Source: an uncultured Acidobacteriota bacterium (lineage in GTDB: Bacteria; Acidobacteriota; UBA6911). From it: a stretch of DNA of 64,000 nucleotides. The stretch covers positions 116,335 to 180,334 of the forward strand of contig CAWEJX010000021.1 in assembly GCA_963809485.1 (NCBI GenBank). The letters are read 5' to 3'. Made by a program: the position numbers and the translations under genes. Below the pieces are notes generated by a model that saw only the letters and a program-made list of their open reading frames with translations, made no database searches and was not told where the DNA came from. Shown one piece after another: positions 10,123-21,172 of the stretch (positions are counted from its first letter, which is position 1; each line of letters begins with the position of its first letter).

Positions 10123-10746
10123 ATGAAGAATCGCTTGGCATTCCCCAAAATCCGTTTAGACCTGACTCGCTGGCAGGCTTCCGGACGGCAATTCCTCGCC
10201 TACTCCCGGTTCCTTCTTCCCGCAAGTGTGCTGCTGGTGTTCCTGACCGTGCTAGCCGTCGGCTGGTTTACCCAGCCCGATTCATACGTGCGGGGCTATG
10301 CCCCCGAACAACCCATTCCTTATTCGCACGGGCTCCATGCGGGCACCCTGAGAATTCCCTGCCAGTACTGTCATTCGGGGGCAGTCAAATCGCGCCAGGC
10401 CGGAATTCCAAGCGTGCAAAAATGCATGAACTGCCACAGTTTGACCAAAACGGACAGCCCGCACATCAGGGAACTCGCTTCCCTGATTGCATCCGGTGAA
10501 CCGATGAAATGGAAAAGGGTTCACAACCTGCCGGACTATGCATATTTTGATCACAGGCCCCATGTGACCGCCGGCATTCTCTGTCAAACCTGTCATGGTG
10601 AAATTCAAACGATGGAGGTTGTGTCTCAGCAAATGTCCATGCGCATGGCAAACTGCCTGGGATGCCATCGGGAGCCGAAGGATGCGCTGCCCGCGGATTC
10701 CGGCATCGGGCGTGGACCTGAGCACTGCAATTCCTGCCATCGATGA
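10123..10746 (+). CDS. actA: Alternative complex III pentaheme cytochrome c ActA
   Basis: TM helix, GYAPEQPIPYSH..HAG, five CxxCH motifs (CQYCH, CMNCH, CQTCH, CLGCH, CNSCH), LPDYAYFDH. Confidence 0.92.
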   Translation: MKNRLAFPKIRLDLTRWQASGRQFLAYSRFLLPASVLLVFLTVLAVGWFTQPDSYVRGYAPEQPIPYSHGLHAGTLRIPCQYCHSGAVKSRQAGIPSVQKCMNCHSLTKTDSPHIRELASLIASGEPMKWKRVHNLPDYAYFDHRPHVTAGILCQTCHGEIQTMEVVSQQMSMRMANCLGCHREPKDALPADSGIGRGPEHCNSCHR

Positions 10747-10765
10747 GCCGAGAGGAACAAGCGCT

Positions 10766-13700
10766 GTGGATGATCCGATTTTCTTAAAAAAGGAAGGCCG
10801 ACATCCCCTCCGGTTCCGGTCCCTGAACGAATGGATCGGGCAGACGCAGGGAGACCCGGCCGCCACCGGAAATTTTGATGAGTTTTCCCCGGCGGCATTC
10901 GATCCCGTGGGGATGCCCGTCGAAATCCTCTCGCGGCGCAGGTTCCTCAGCCTTCTTTCCGCCTCCGCGACGCTGGCGTTGGGGACCTCTGCCTGCAGCC
11001 GCATCGACCGGCAGACCATCGTTCCATATACCAAGCGGCCGGAAGAAATAATTCCGGGCGTTGCCAATTATTATGCGAGCACGTTCCAGGAAGGCCTGAT
11101 CACCCAGGGAGTTTTGGTGAAAACCCGTGAGGGAAGGCCTATTCACGTGGAGGGGAATCCCGAGCACCCGCTTGGCATGGGGATAACGAGTTTACGAAGT
11201 GTCGCGGACCTGCTTGGCCTTTATGATCCGGACCGGCTGCGCGGGCCATCCCGAGCCGGAACCAGAAAAACCTGGGAAGAGGCCGGCCGGGAAATAGTCC
11301 GCGCTCTCCGGACGGCGCGTGACAGCGGATCTGCTGTGCTGCTTCTGACGGACGCCGTGGTTTCACCAACGCGAAGCGCGCTGATACAGGACTTGAAGAA
11401 AGCTCTGCCAAACCTGCACCATGCCGCCTGGGAACCGGCAGCCCCGCATGCGGAAATTTCAGCCGCAAAAGAGCTCTTTGGCGAAGCAGTGCCCGGCAGG
11501 ATGCGCCTGGACCGGGCGGATGTCATTGTGGCATTCGAGGCGGATTTTTTGGGATCCGAGGGCAACGATGCCGCCGCTATCCGGGATTTTGCCGCGCGGC
11601 GCAGCATTTCGGGGCCTGCCGACACCATGAACCGGCTCTGGGCATTCGAAGGCCGGATGAGCCTCACCGGGGCAAATGCGGATCACCGCATACCGGTTCG
11701 GCCATCCCGCATCGCGCCCGTGATATTTGCCATTGCCGGTCATCTGAACCAAAAGCTCGGAGTTGCCCTGCCGACGGGATTGAATGCCCGCAGCTTGAGT
11801 CCTTTTGCACTGGAAGCCGTTGCGGCCGACTCGGCCATCGAGCCCGAGCTGCTTCGCGCTCTATGTGACGATTTGAAGCGGGCGGGCAGGTCCGCCCTCG
11901 CTGTCGCCGGCCCGGCGCTGACGCAGGAAGCACACGTCGCCTGCCAGCTGTTGAATGCCATGCTGGGCGCCGAAGGCTATACGGTGGACGCCTCCATGTC
12001 GCTGCCGGTCCGGGATCTGCTGACCTATGCCGGGCTGCAGGGTCTTCTTGATGAAGCCGCCGGAGGCAAATTTGCGGCAGCGGTGTTTTGGGGCGCAAAC
12101 CCTGCCTATTCCTGTCCGCAGGCGTCTCTCTGGAAGGCGGCTGCGGCAAAAATCCCGTTTAAGATCAGGATCGGGCTGTACGAGGATGAGACCGCTCTCG
12201 ACTGCGGCTGGCGGCTGCCCGAGCATCACTGGCTGGAAGCCTGGGGCGATTTTGAGTGCTCTGCGGATATCCTCAGTCTGCGCCAGCCTGCGATGGGTGC
12301 GATACACGACACGCGCCAGGGAGAAGATATCCTTCTCTCCTGGCTGCGGGGGCTGGGAACGGATACTCCACAAAATTATCTGGAATATATGAAAGCCCGC
12401 TGGGAAAGGGAGGTTTATCCTGCAGGCAGCCCGGTTCGCTTCCCGGCCTATTGGAATGCGGCACTTCACGACGGAGTGGTTCTGCGGGAGGCGAAGCCTC
12501 GTCCCGGGCGCAATCCCCGTCCGGAAGTTCTAACGGACGCCATCGAACGATCGGCGGCCGCGCTGAAAAAAGCGCCCGCCTCAATCGAGCTGGTGCTGCA
12601 TCCGGCAGCCTCCGTATTTGACGGACGCTATGCCAACAATGGCTGGCTCAATGAACTGCCCGATCCCGTAACCAAAGCGACCTGGGGAAACCCCCTTCTT
12701 CTCTCCGTCTCCGACGCTGCCCGGCTTCAGTTGAAGGATGAAGACCAGGTCCGGATCACGGCGGGATCGGCAAGTCTGGATGCTCCCGTAATTGTTCAGC
12801 CCGGACAAGCGCCGAGCGTGGCCAGCCTGTCCCTAGGGTACGGTCGGAAGGCCGGCAACGTGGCTGCGGGAGTGGGGAACAACGCGTATGTGTTGGCCGA
12901 ATCCTCCGCCGCCTCGCCGCTGATCCGCGGAATCGCCAGGATCGAGTGTACGGGAGGCCGCAGGCCGGTTCCCAGGACGCAGGATCATTTTCGAATGGGG
13001 GGGCGCGACCTGGCCCGATCGCGGACCCTTTCCGAATTCGCACATGACGTCGCGCATGTCGACGCGGGGAAGCATCACGAACTGCATTCGCTGATTCCAC
13101 CGCAGCAGTTTCCGGAACACAGGTGGGGGATGGCCATCGACCTATCCGCCTGCGTCGGCTGCAGCGCCTGCGTTATCGCCTGTCAATCGGAAAACAACAT
13201 CCCGGTTGTAGGACCGGAGCGCATCATCGAGGGGCGGGAAATGCACTGGATCCGCGTCGATCGCTACTACGAAGGGGACCCTGCCAATCCGAAGGTCATC
13301 CACCAGCCGGTTCCGTGCCAGCATTGCGAGAATGCGCCCTGCGAAATCGTCTGTCCGGTGAATGCCACCACGCACAGTTCGGACGGGCTGAACCAGATGT
13401 CGTACAACCGCTGTGTGGGAACGCGCTACTGCTCCAACAATTGCCCGTACAAGGTCCGGCGTTTTAACTTTTTCGATTATACATCCATGAAGAAGCAGCC
13501 TGAAAATCTGGTATTCAATCCCGAAGTGACGGTGAGACCGCGCGGCGTCATGGAGAAATGCACCTTTTGCATCCAGCGCATTGACGACGCAAGGCAGCGG
13601 GCAAACAGCGAGGGCCGCCGCCTGCGGGACGGAGAAATCCTTCCGGCATGTGCGGTCGCCTGTCCGGCCCAGGCGATCGTTTTCGGCGACCTGAACGATT

Positions 13701-13831
13701 CCCGGAGCAAAGTCGCGGCGGCATCCCGCATGGGCCGCGGATATCACATGCTGGAGGACCTCGGCGTCAAGCCGGCGGTCACTTATCTTGCAGACATCTC
13801 CAATCCCGTATCCGGAAAGGGTAAGGCATGA
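10766..13831 (+). CDS. actB: Alternative complex III ActB (molybdopterin-like domain plus Fe-S domain)
   Basis: Tat signal SRRRFL, lipobox-like SAC, EGRPIHVEGNPEHP, DGRYANNGWLNELPDP, CVGCSACVIAC, CQHCENAPC, CVGTRYCSNNCPY, MEKCTFC; GTG start after agagga. Confidence 0.93.
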   Translation: MDDPIFLKKEGRHPLRFRSLNEWIGQTQGDPAATGNFDEFSPAAFDPVGMPVEILSRRRFLSLLSASATLALGTSACSRIDRQTIVPYTKRPEEIIPGVANYYASTFQEGLITQGVLVKTREGRPIHVEGNPEHPLGMGITSLRSVADLLGLYDPDRLRGPSRAGTRKTWEEAGREIVRALRTARDSGSAVLLLTDAVVSPTRSALIQDLKKALPNLHHAAWEPAAPHAEISAAKELFGEAVPGRMRLDRADVIVAFEADFLGSEGNDAAAIRDFAARRSISGPADTMNRLWAFEGRMSLTGANADHRIPVRPSRIAPVIFAIAGHLNQKLGVALPTGLNARSLSPFALEAVAADSAIEPELLRALCDDLKRAGRSALAVAGPALTQEAHVACQLLNAMLGAEGYTVDASMSLPVRDLLTYAGLQGLLDEAAGGKFAAAVFWGANPAYSCPQASLWKAAAAKIPFKIRIGLYEDETALDCGWRLPEHHWLEAWGDFECSADILSLRQPAMGAIHDTRQGEDILLSWLRGLGTDTPQNYLEYMKARWEREVYPAGSPVRFPAYWNAALHDGVVLREAKPRPGRNPRPEVLTDAIERSAAALKKAPASIELVLHPAASVFDGRYANNGWLNELPDPVTKATWGNPLLLSVSDAARLQLKDEDQVRITAGSASLDAPVIVQPGQAPSVASLSLGYGRKAGNVAAGVGNNAYVLAESSAASPLIRGIARIECTGGRRPVPRTQDHFRMGGRDLARSRTLSEFAHDVAHVDAGKHHELHSLIPPQQFPEHRWGMAIDLSACVGCSACVIACQSENNIPVVGPERIIEGREMHWIRVDRYYEGDPANPKVIHQPVPCQHCENAPCEIVCPVNATTHSSDGLNQMSYNRCVGTRYCSNNCPYKVRRFNFFDYTSMKKQPENLVFNPEVTVRPRGVMEKCTFCIQRIDDARQRANSEGRRLRDGEILPACAVACPAQAIVFGDLNDSRSKVAAASRMGRGYHMLEDLGVKPAVTYLADISNPVSGKGKA

Positions 13832-15234
13832 ATTCACGAACCGACTCCATGCCCGGACAGATCCTGCCGGAGTCCTTGAGGACGCCGCCCATTACGGCCG
13901 GCCCTGTCAGTCTTGCGGAACTGGATGAGCAGGTGCTATCGCCGGTCGAGCGGAAGCCGCCCAAGGCCTGGTTCTTCGCGTTTGCCTTCACCTCGGCGGT
14001 CACGCTCCTGGGGATGGGGCTCATCGGATACACGATTGCCACGGGCATCGGGGTCTGGGGCAACAACATTCCGGTCGCCTGGGGCTTCGACATCATCAAC
14101 TTTGTTTTCTGGGTGGGGATCGGTCATGCGGGGACGTTGATTTCGGCGATTCTGCTGCTGTTCAGGGCACGTTGGAGGAATGCGATTTCACGTTCTGCCG
14201 AGGCCCTCACCATATTCGCCATCCTGTGCGCCACCCTCTTTCCGCTTATCCACGTAGGCAGGCCCTGGCTCGCCTTTTGGCTTTTCCCCTACCCCAACCA
14301 GCGCGGCATCTGGCCTAATTTCCGTTCTCCGCTGATGTGGGACGTTTTTGCAGTGAATACATATTTCGCGGTTTCGCTCCTGTTCTGGTATCTCGGACTG
14401 GTGCCCGACTTCGCCTCCCTGCGGGAGAGAACGCAAAGCAAAATCCGCAAGTTCTTCTATTCCATTCTCAGCGCGGGCTGGCGCGGATCCGCCTCCCACT
14501 GGCACCACTACGAGAAGGCGTACCTCGTCATCGCCGGGCTTGCGACCGGTCTTGTCCTGTCGGTCCACAGCGTTGTTTCCTTCGATTTCGCGGTGTCGCT
14601 GGTCCCGGGCTGGCACATGACTATTTTTCCGCCATACTTCGTGGCCGGCGCAATTTTCGCCGGTTTTGCCATGGTGGTGATCGTCCTCGTCGTCGTTCGG
14701 ACCACGATGCGGCTGGAAAATCTCATCACCATGTATCACCTTGAGGTCATGAACAAAATCATACTGACCTGCTCCTGCCTCATGGGCTATTCCTATCTGA
14801 TGGAGGCGTGGACGGCCTGGTACAGCATGAATTCATACATCCACCATGCCTTCTGGCAATATGTCGCCGGTACTTACTGGTGGGCCGGCTGGACGACCAT
14901 TACATGCAATATTGTTATCCCTCAGCTGCTGTGGGTGCGCCGTCTGCGCAGGAGCTATCCGGTGATGATCTTTGTCGCCGTGGCGGTCACGGTGGGGATG
15001 TGGTTTGAGAGGTTCGTAATCATTGTGAGCTCGCTTCACCAGGATTTCCTGCCGTCCGCGTGGCACATATACAAGCCGACGCTTGTGGATTGCGGCATTC
15101 TGCTCGGCACCTTCGGGCTGTTCTTCACGCTGGTGCTCCTGTTCGCCCGGGTCCTGCCCGTTATTGCTTCCACGGAGATGAAAAGCGTTCTGCCGGGCAT
15201 GCAACCTCGCCGGGAAGGAGGGGCGCATGAATAG
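13828..15234 (+). CDS. actC: Alternative complex III ActC (NrfD-family quinol-binding subunit)
   Basis: WGFDIINFVFWVGIGHAGTLISAIL, HVGRPW, SPLMWD, SVHSVVSFDFA, PGWH.TIFPPYFVAGAI. Confidence 0.95.
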   Translation: MNSRTDSMPGQILPESLRTPPITAGPVSLAELDEQVLSPVERKPPKAWFFAFAFTSAVTLLGMGLIGYTIATGIGVWGNNIPVAWGFDIINFVFWVGIGHAGTLISAILLLFRARWRNAISRSAEALTIFAILCATLFPLIHVGRPWLAFWLFPYPNQRGIWPNFRSPLMWDVFAVNTYFAVSLLFWYLGLVPDFASLRERTQSKIRKFFYSILSAGWRGSASHWHHYEKAYLVIAGLATGLVLSVHSVVSFDFAVSLVPGWHMTIFPPYFVAGAIFAGFAMVVIVLVVVRTTMRLENLITMYHLEVMNKIILTCSCLMGYSYLMEAWTAWYSMNSYIHHAFWQYVAGTYWWAGWTTITCNIVIPQLLWVRRLRRSYPVMIFVAVAVTVGMWFERFVIIVSSLHQDFLPSAWHIYKPTLVDCGILLGTFGLFFTLVLLFARVLPVIASTEMKSVLPGMQPRREGGAHE

Positions 15235-16372
15235 AGAGGTCTTCTCCGTCCTGGGTATATTTGACAGCGCTCAGCAGTTGATGGACGCTATCGCGGCTGT
15301 TAAAGGAAAGGTGCCGGGCAAACTTGAAGCGTATACGCCCTATCCAATTCACGGAATAGAGCAGGCGCTGGGATTGAGGAAGTCCCCCATTGCGGGCATG
15401 GTCCTGGTGATGGGTTTTATCGGCGCGATATCCGCCATGGTCTTTGAGCTCTGGACCGAAGCCGTGGATTACCCGATGATGACCGCCGGCAAGCCGTTCT
15501 GGTCCTGGGAAGCCTTCGTCCCCATCATGTTCGAAGCCATGGTGCTTTTCGCCTGCTTCACTGCAGGCCTGGGCATGCTTTTCCTGCTGAACCGGCTGCC
15601 GATGTTCCGCCATCCGATGCTGAGCTCCAGGTCGATGCCGCTCGTCACCCGGGACAAATTTGCCCTTGCCGTCGAAACGGAGGGGCAGAGAGTGGATGTC
15701 GATGGGATCTCGCGGCTTCTGGAGTCGGTTGGCGCCCGTTCGATTGAGGTTGTCGAACAAATGCCGGCGGCAGGGCCTGCTTCACCCCAATTCCTGTTTC
15801 GATTCACCGTCGGGGTGATCGTTGCCTGTCTGGCCGCCGGATACCTGACCTATTGGGTCATCAAGCTTTATCCGCGCGCTATCCCGATGGTGCATATGCT
15901 CGATCAGCCCCGCCTCGATCCGCAGCGGGAAGATTCCTTCTTCCGGGACGGCGCTGGCATGCGCATGCCTGTAGCCGGCACCGTGGCACGCGGCCACATG
16001 CCCTATTTGATTCAAAGCGAAAACGAGGCGGATCTGCTGCCTAATCCTCTGCCCCGGACGGAGGAAGTGCTGAAACAAGGCCGCCTTACCTTCAACACCT
16101 ACTGCTCCGTCTGCCACGGCATCCTCGGCAACGGAAAGCCCACTCTTACGGCTGCTTACGGTGCAAAGCCTGCCAACCTGGTCTCCGAGTCGATCCGCGA
16201 TTATGCCGATGGAAGGCTATATCACGTCATCACGATGGGCAAAAATACCATGACCTCCTATGCCGCAGACGTGGGCAGGGAGGAACGCTGGACGGTGGTC
16301 CATTACGTGCGCGTGCTGCAGCGCGCCCTGAATGCACGGGACGAGGACATCCCTGAGGAGGCTCGAAAATGA
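15227..16372 (+). CDS. actDE: ActD (DUF3341) - ActE (monoheme cytochrome c) fusion
   Basis: EAYTPYPIHGI...GKPFWSWEAFVPIMFE followed by M.DQP...MRMPVAGTVARG...CSVCHG...RWTVVHYVRVLQRA. Confidence 0.88.
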   Translation: MNREVFSVLGIFDSAQQLMDAIAAVKGKVPGKLEAYTPYPIHGIEQALGLRKSPIAGMVLVMGFIGAISAMVFELWTEAVDYPMMTAGKPFWSWEAFVPIMFEAMVLFACFTAGLGMLFLLNRLPMFRHPMLSSRSMPLVTRDKFALAVETEGQRVDVDGISRLLESVGARSIEVVEQMPAAGPASPQFLFRFTVGVIVACLAAGYLTYWVIKLYPRAIPMVHMLDQPRLDPQREDSFFRDGAGMRMPVAGTVARGHMPYLIQSENEADLLPNPLPRTEEVLKQGRLTFNTYCSVCHGILGNGKPTLTAAYGAKPANLVSESIRDYADGRLYHVITMGKNTMTSYAADVGREERWTVVHYVRVLQRALNARDEDIPEEARK

Positions 16373-17514
16373 GCGACAGAGGCGCAACCAGGATTCTTGC
16401 AGCCACGGCGTTCGCCGGCCTTGCAGGCGCTGCAGCCACAGGTCCCGTGGCCGGATGGGAGCGCTTTTGGATCAACTGGATCCAGTGGTTTCTCTTCCTC
16501 CTGACCATCGGCCTGGGATGCCTTTTTATCGTGGCCCTGGAGCACGTGGTGGGCGCCAGGTGGAGCGTTCCCCTGCGCCGCGTCCCCGAAAAGCTCTCCG
16601 TCCTCATGCTCCTTGCATGCCCCCTCGCCCTGGCGGGACTGTTTTCTCTGCCGATCCTGTATCCATGGACCCGCCCGGAAAGCCTCCAGAATCCCTTAAT
16701 CGCCGGAAAGGCTTTCTGGTTGAGCATCCAATTCTTTGCCATCCGCGCGGTTGTCTGTATCGGGCTCTGGGTGATTGCCTACCGGATCTTGATCCGTGGA
16801 TCGATGCGCCAGGACGAGGACAAGGATCCGAAATTCAACGTGCGCGCCCGGCGATTCGCACCGGTGTTCATGGTGCTATTCGGCATCACGCTTACAGTAG
16901 TGGCATTCGACTGGATCTCGAGTTTGGAGCCCGAGTGGTACAGCGATATTTTCGGAGTATACATTTTTGCCGGGACCTTTCTCGCCGGACTGGCGGCCAC
17001 CGTTCTGGCGGTCCAATACCTGATGGCACGCGGCCGGCTGCCGGGAGTTACACCGGACCATGTCTACAACCTGGGCGGATTTCTTTTCGCTTTCACGGTG
17101 TTCTGGTCCTATATCGGCTTCGCCCAGTACATGCTCATGTGGTATGCCAATCTCCCGGAGGAAGTCTTCTGGTACAAGGAGCGGCTCGAGGGGCTCTGGG
17201 GGCCGCTTCTGCTGGCGCTCGCGGTGCTGCATTTCTTTGTCCCATTTTTTGTGCTGATCCCGCGCGACTCGAAAAGAGGTCGGCGCCGGATGTTCTGGAT
17301 TTCAATCCTGGTGCTTTTTGCGCACTGGCTGGATCTTTACTGGATGATTTTCCCGGCGATCGCGAAAAATCCGGTTTTCAGCTGGTCTGAGATTTCGTTT
17401 GGGCTGCTGTTCTTGTCTGCAGCCCTGCTCTGGATCCGGCGCGCAATGACCCGGGGAGCCGACATGCCTGTGGGGGATCCGTTCCTCCGGGAAGGTTTGG
17501 AGTTCCGCCTATGA
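16369..17514 (+). CDS. actF: Alternative complex III ActF
   Basis: Multi-TM; ARWSVPLRRVPE, FDWISSLEPEWYSDIFG, WSYIGFAQYMLMWYANLPEE. Confidence 0.92.
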   Translation: MSDRGATRILAATAFAGLAGAAATGPVAGWERFWINWIQWFLFLLTIGLGCLFIVALEHVVGARWSVPLRRVPEKLSVLMLLACPLALAGLFSLPILYPWTRPESLQNPLIAGKAFWLSIQFFAIRAVVCIGLWVIAYRILIRGSMRQDEDKDPKFNVRARRFAPVFMVLFGITLTVVAFDWISSLEPEWYSDIFGVYIFAGTFLAGLAATVLAVQYLMARGRLPGVTPDHVYNLGGFLFAFTVFWSYIGFAQYMLMWYANLPEEVFWYKERLEGLWGPLLLALAVLHFFVPFFVLIPRDSKRGRRRMFWISILVLFAHWLDLYWMIFPAIAKNPVFSWSEISFGLLFLSAALLWIRRAMTRGADMPVGDPFLREGLEFRL

Positions 17515-18425
17515 TAGAGAAATACGTGGATGCGGAGGAACTCAAACGGCTCGTATCGACTTTGCTCGTCGTGGTCGGCGCGCTTCTGATCGCGGCTCTG
17601 TTTGCATCGATCGTAGTCCCCGGGATAAGAAATGCCAACAGGCCGGCGGCTCCCACGCCGGTGAAGCCCGTCGTCGGCGAACCCGGGTGGCTTGATCCGG
17701 CCGAATTTCCGCCCGAAAAAGGACGCGAAATTCCACCGGTGGACCCGGTAGCCCTGATCGCTCCCTCCCCGGAACTGCTCGCCCGGGGCAAGGAGGTTTA
17801 TGCGCCGAATTGCGTCGCGTGCCACGGCGAATCGGGAAAAGGCGATGGAACTGCCGCCTCCACGATGAAGCCCGTACCCCGGAACTTCGCGCAGCCCGAC
17901 GGATGGACGAGCGGGAGCGACCTGGCCGCGATCTTCAAAACTCTGAGCGAGGGCATTCCGGGCACTTCCATGTCTGCGTTCGACTATCTGACGAGGCGAG
18001 ACCGGATGGCGCTGGCGCATTACGTACAGTCGTTTGGGGCTTTCACGCATCCCGCAGGCAGCCGGGAATCGATGGACGCTTTATCGAAGAATTTGGCGGC
18101 GCCGGGAGAAAAAACCTCCAACAAGATTCCTGTGAGCATGGCAATCCGCAAACTGGAACAGCAGTTCTCGGCTCCTCCGCCGATTGCTGTCCCAGCGCCA
18201 GACCCGAGCGCCGAAGCCCGGATTCTGCGCCGCGTGATCACCGATGGGACCAGGGCTGCGCAGACACTCGCGGGCTCATCGCTGTGGCGTACCGGCCCCC
18301 AGGGTCTCGCAAACGCAATACTCAGCGGCGCTCCCGCCAACGGTTTTTCCACGGGGGCCGCAACGCTGAGTCCTGCCGAGTGGCAGGAACTCTATAGCGG
18401 GTTACTAAGGATCTATCCGCAGTGA
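17511..18425 (+). CDS. Membrane-anchored monoheme cytochrome c
   Basis: TM helix, CVACHGESGKGDG, PRNF, GIPGTSMSAF. Confidence 0.85.
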   Translation: MIEKYVDAEELKRLVSTLLVVVGALLIAALFASIVVPGIRNANRPAAPTPVKPVVGEPGWLDPAEFPPEKGREIPPVDPVALIAPSPELLARGKEVYAPNCVACHGESGKGDGTAASTMKPVPRNFAQPDGWTSGSDLAAIFKTLSEGIPGTSMSAFDYLTRRDRMALAHYVQSFGAFTHPAGSRESMDALSKNLAAPGEKTSNKIPVSMAIRKLEQQFSAPPPIAVPAPDPSAEARILRRVITDGTRAAQTLAGSSLWRTGPQGLANAILSGAPANGFSTGAATLSPAEWQELYSGLLRIYPQ

Positions 18426-18488
18426 GGGTCCATGAAACAGGCTTTGGGGCTGGTACGGGGTCTGGTCTTGAGGCGACTCTCGGTCGTA

Positions 18489-18684
18489 GTCAGGCACCGC
18501 CGGCAAAACCGGGAGCAAGATTTGAACCGCTCAAAGCCGTTGGGGGAGTTATGCCGGTCTTGAACGCCGACCCTCAGCGAACAAATCGGCGTTTGTCAGC
18601 GCTTTTGTCAGCGTATCTCAGCGTTTCAAAATACAGAGCTGTCAAACTCCATCAGTCCCCCGGCAAAGCCTGGAATTTACTAAT
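18489..18684 (-). mobile_element. IS200-family-derived MITE, copy 1 (inside the respiratory operon)
   Basis: Shares both ends with copies at 54110-54314 and 62259-62631 (aaaatac.gagctgtcaaactc, ccggtcttgaacgc, ccgctcaaagc). Confidence 0.75.
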
Positions 18685-18743
18685 GGAAATAGAGCCTATC
18701 GGCTCCGCCAGGTAATGGTTTAGCGGAAGAGAAGGAGGCGGCA

Positions 18744-19547
18744 ATGAAACGTTTTGTTTTGCTTTTAGCATGGGCCATCGGAGCCCTGCTCGCCTGCGGC
18801 GTGGCATCGGGCGCCCGGGGGGCATCCCAGCAGGAAGCCGGCATCGTGGAAAAGCCCGGTGCGCAGGCAGCGCTGGACCCCGTACTCAAGGACGAGGATG
18901 GAAACGATATTGCGCTGCGCATGCTGATGGGCAAGCCGACAATTTTGACGCTGAACTATTTCCGTTGCGCAGGAATCTGCACTCCGCTCCTCAACGGTCT
19001 TGCCACCACCCTCAACGAGATCGGGCTGGAGCCGGGCAAAGACTTCCAGGTTGTCACGATGAGCTTCGATCCTGTGGACACGCCCGAAGTCGCTCATCAG
19101 AAGCGCATCAATTACCTTAAACAGATGACCCGTCCGTTCCCGCCGGCGGCATGGAGGTTCCTGACCGGCACCGCGCAGGCGACCAGGGCTGTGACCGATT
19201 CGGTAGGGTTCAATTTCAAGCCTGCAGGCGATGGCTACGTCCACGCAGGAGCGATCATTGTTCTCACACCCGCAGGAAACGTGAGCCGGTATCTGTACGG
19301 CACCAGTTTTCTCCCCGCCGACCTCCAGATGGCAGTCCAGGAGGCCAAATTGGGATATGTACGGCCCACCATTTCAAAGGTCCTTTCCTTCTGTTACAGC
19401 TATGATCCCGAAGGGCGGCGTTACATTTTCAGCCTGACCCGCCTGGTGGGGGCGATCATCCTGGTGCTTGCCGTCGCATATGTGATCTACCTTGTGGCGG
19501 CCGGCCGTTTGCGCAAAGGGAAAGAAAAAGAAAGGCAATCGGCATGA
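18744..19547 (+). CDS. SCO1/SenC copper chaperone
   Basis: YFRCAGIC (CxxxC), [29 protein letters not shown]. Confidence 0.9.
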   Translation: MKRFVLLLAWAIGALLACGVASGARGASQQEAGIVEKPGAQAALDPVLKDEDGNDIALRMLMGKPTILTLNYFRCAGICTPLLNGLATTLNEIGLEPGKDFQVVTMSFDPVDTPEVAHQKRINYLKQMTRPFPPAAWRFLTGTAQATRAVTDSVGFNFKPAGDGYVHAGAIIVLTPAGNVSRYLYGTSFLPADLQMAVQEAKLGYVRPTISKVLSFCYSYDPEGRRYIFSLTRLVGAIILVLAVAYVIYLVAAGRLRKGKEKERQSA

Positions 19548-21172
19548 CGAATTCGGCTGCTGGACCGGTCCCGGTTGCGCGGGGCTATCTGGAACAGGGA
19601 AGAAGAAAGGGAATTCTCGGGTGGCTCCTGTCCACGGATCACAAAAGAATCGGGGTGCTGTATCTCGGCACCATGCTGACGTTTTTCTTCGTGGCGGTGC
19701 TGATCGGCGTACTCATGCGAATCGAGCAGCTCACGCTGAATCCACCGCTGTTCCCGGCGCAGATCTACAACGCGTTTTTCACACTGCACGGCGTCATCAT
19801 GATTTTCCTTTTCGTCCTTCCCGGGCTGTCGGCCGTGTTCGGAAACTTCTTTCTGCCCATCATGATCGGCGCGGAGGATGTGGCATTCCCCAGGCTCAAC
19901 CTGACTTCCTGGTATTTCTTTATCACGGGGGCACTGCTCGCGGTCGTTGCGCTTTTCACAGGAAACGGCCCCCCCGACACAGGATGGACCTTTTACGCGC
20001 CCTTCAGCATTCGCACCGGTACCAATGTCACGCTGGGAGTTTTTGCCGCATTCGTTCTCGGCTTCTCATCGATTCTTACAGGATTGAACTTCATCACTAC
20101 GGTCCACCGGATGCGGGCGCCCGGGATGCACTGGCACCGCATGCCCCTGTTCATCTGGTCGCTCTATGCAACGGCGTGGATTCAGGTTCTTGCGACACCC
20201 ATTTTGGGAATAACGCTCCTGCTCGTGATCGCGGAGCGCCTGTTCGGAATCGGCGTGTTCGACCCGGCCAAGGGAGGCGACCCCATCCTCTACCAGCATC
20301 TTTTCTGGATCTACTCGCATCCTGCGGTGTACATCATGATCGTTCCGGCAATGGGAGCGATTTCCGAGATCATCCCTACCTTCGCCCATCGAACGATCTT
20401 CGGCTACCGTGCAATCGCCTACTCCTCGATGGCCATTGCAGCCCTGGGGTCCCTCGTGTGGGGGCACCACATGTTCACCAGCGGCATGGCAGACCAGGCC
20501 AACGTGGTTTTTTCGCTCCTTACATTCCTCGTGGCTGTTCCAAGCGCCATCAAGGTATTCAACTGGACGGCTACTCTCTACAAAGGATCCATCGAGCTCA
20601 AGCCCGCCATGCTGTACGCGCTCACGTTTATCTTCCTGTTCGCCATCGGAGGGCTCACGGGAATCATACAGGGAGCCCTGAACGTCAACGTGCACCTGCA
20701 TGATACGTATTGGATCGTGGGGCATTTTCATTATGTTATGTTCGGCGGCACCGGCGTGGGATTCCTGGCCGCATTGCTGTACTGGTTTCCGAAAATGTTC
20801 GGCAAAATGTACAACCACACAATGGCCGTCGTCGCCTGGTTCCCCATCTTCATCGGGTTCAACATCTTTTATTTCACAATGCTGGTCCTGGGATATATGG
20901 GCATGCCGAGACGGTACTTCACGCACTTGCCGCAATACCATGAGGCGCATGTCATCGCTTCCATAGGCGCCTTCATCATGGTTTTCGGGCTTCTGCTCTT
21001 TTTTGGAAACCTGCTGGCGGCTCTCTGGAAAGGGAAAAAGGCCGAAGCGAACCCCTGGGGAGGCGTCACGCTCGAGTGGCAAACATCCAGCCCGCCGCCC
21101 CTGGAGAATTTCGAGACGCGCCCCGAGATCCACGAGCGTCCCTATATATTCAACCCGGAGATAAACCGATGA
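19544..21172 (+). CDS. ctaD: Cytochrome c oxidase subunit I, type A2
   Basis: [33 protein letters not shown] (YS motif), [24 protein letters not shown]. Confidence 0.97.
   Translation: MTNSAAGPVPVARGYLEQGRRKGILGWLLSTDHKRIGVLYLGTMLTFFFVAVLIGVLMRIEQLTLNPPLFPAQIYNAFFTLHGVIMIFLFVLPGLSAVFGNFFLPIMIGAEDVAFPRLNLTSWYFFITGALLAVVALFTGNGPPDTGWTFYAPFSIRTGTNVTLGVFAAFVLGFSSILTGLNFITTVHRMRAPGMHWHRMPLFIWSLYATAWIQVLATPILGITLLLVIAERLFGIGVFDPAKGGDPILYQHLFWIYSHPAVYIMIVPAMGAISEIIPTFAHRTIFGYRAIAYSSMAIAALGSLVWGHHMFTSGMADQANVVFSLLTFLVAVPSAIKVFNWTATLYKGSIELKPAMLYALTFIFLFAIGGLTGIIQGALNVNVHLHDTYWIVGHFHYVMFGGTGVGFLAALLYWFPKMFGKMYNHTMAVVAWFPIFIGFNIFYFTMLVLGYMGMPRRYFTHLPQYHEAHVIASIGAFIMVFGLLLFFGNLLAALWKGKKAEANPWGGVTLEWQTSSPPPLENFETRPEIHERPYIFNPEINR

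Noticed and set aside
18422-18715. Family of small similar ORFs (18422-18715, 54032-54316, 62251-62556)
   Set aside because: Their similarity comes from the shared non-coding MITE; frames and lengths are inconsistent between copies.
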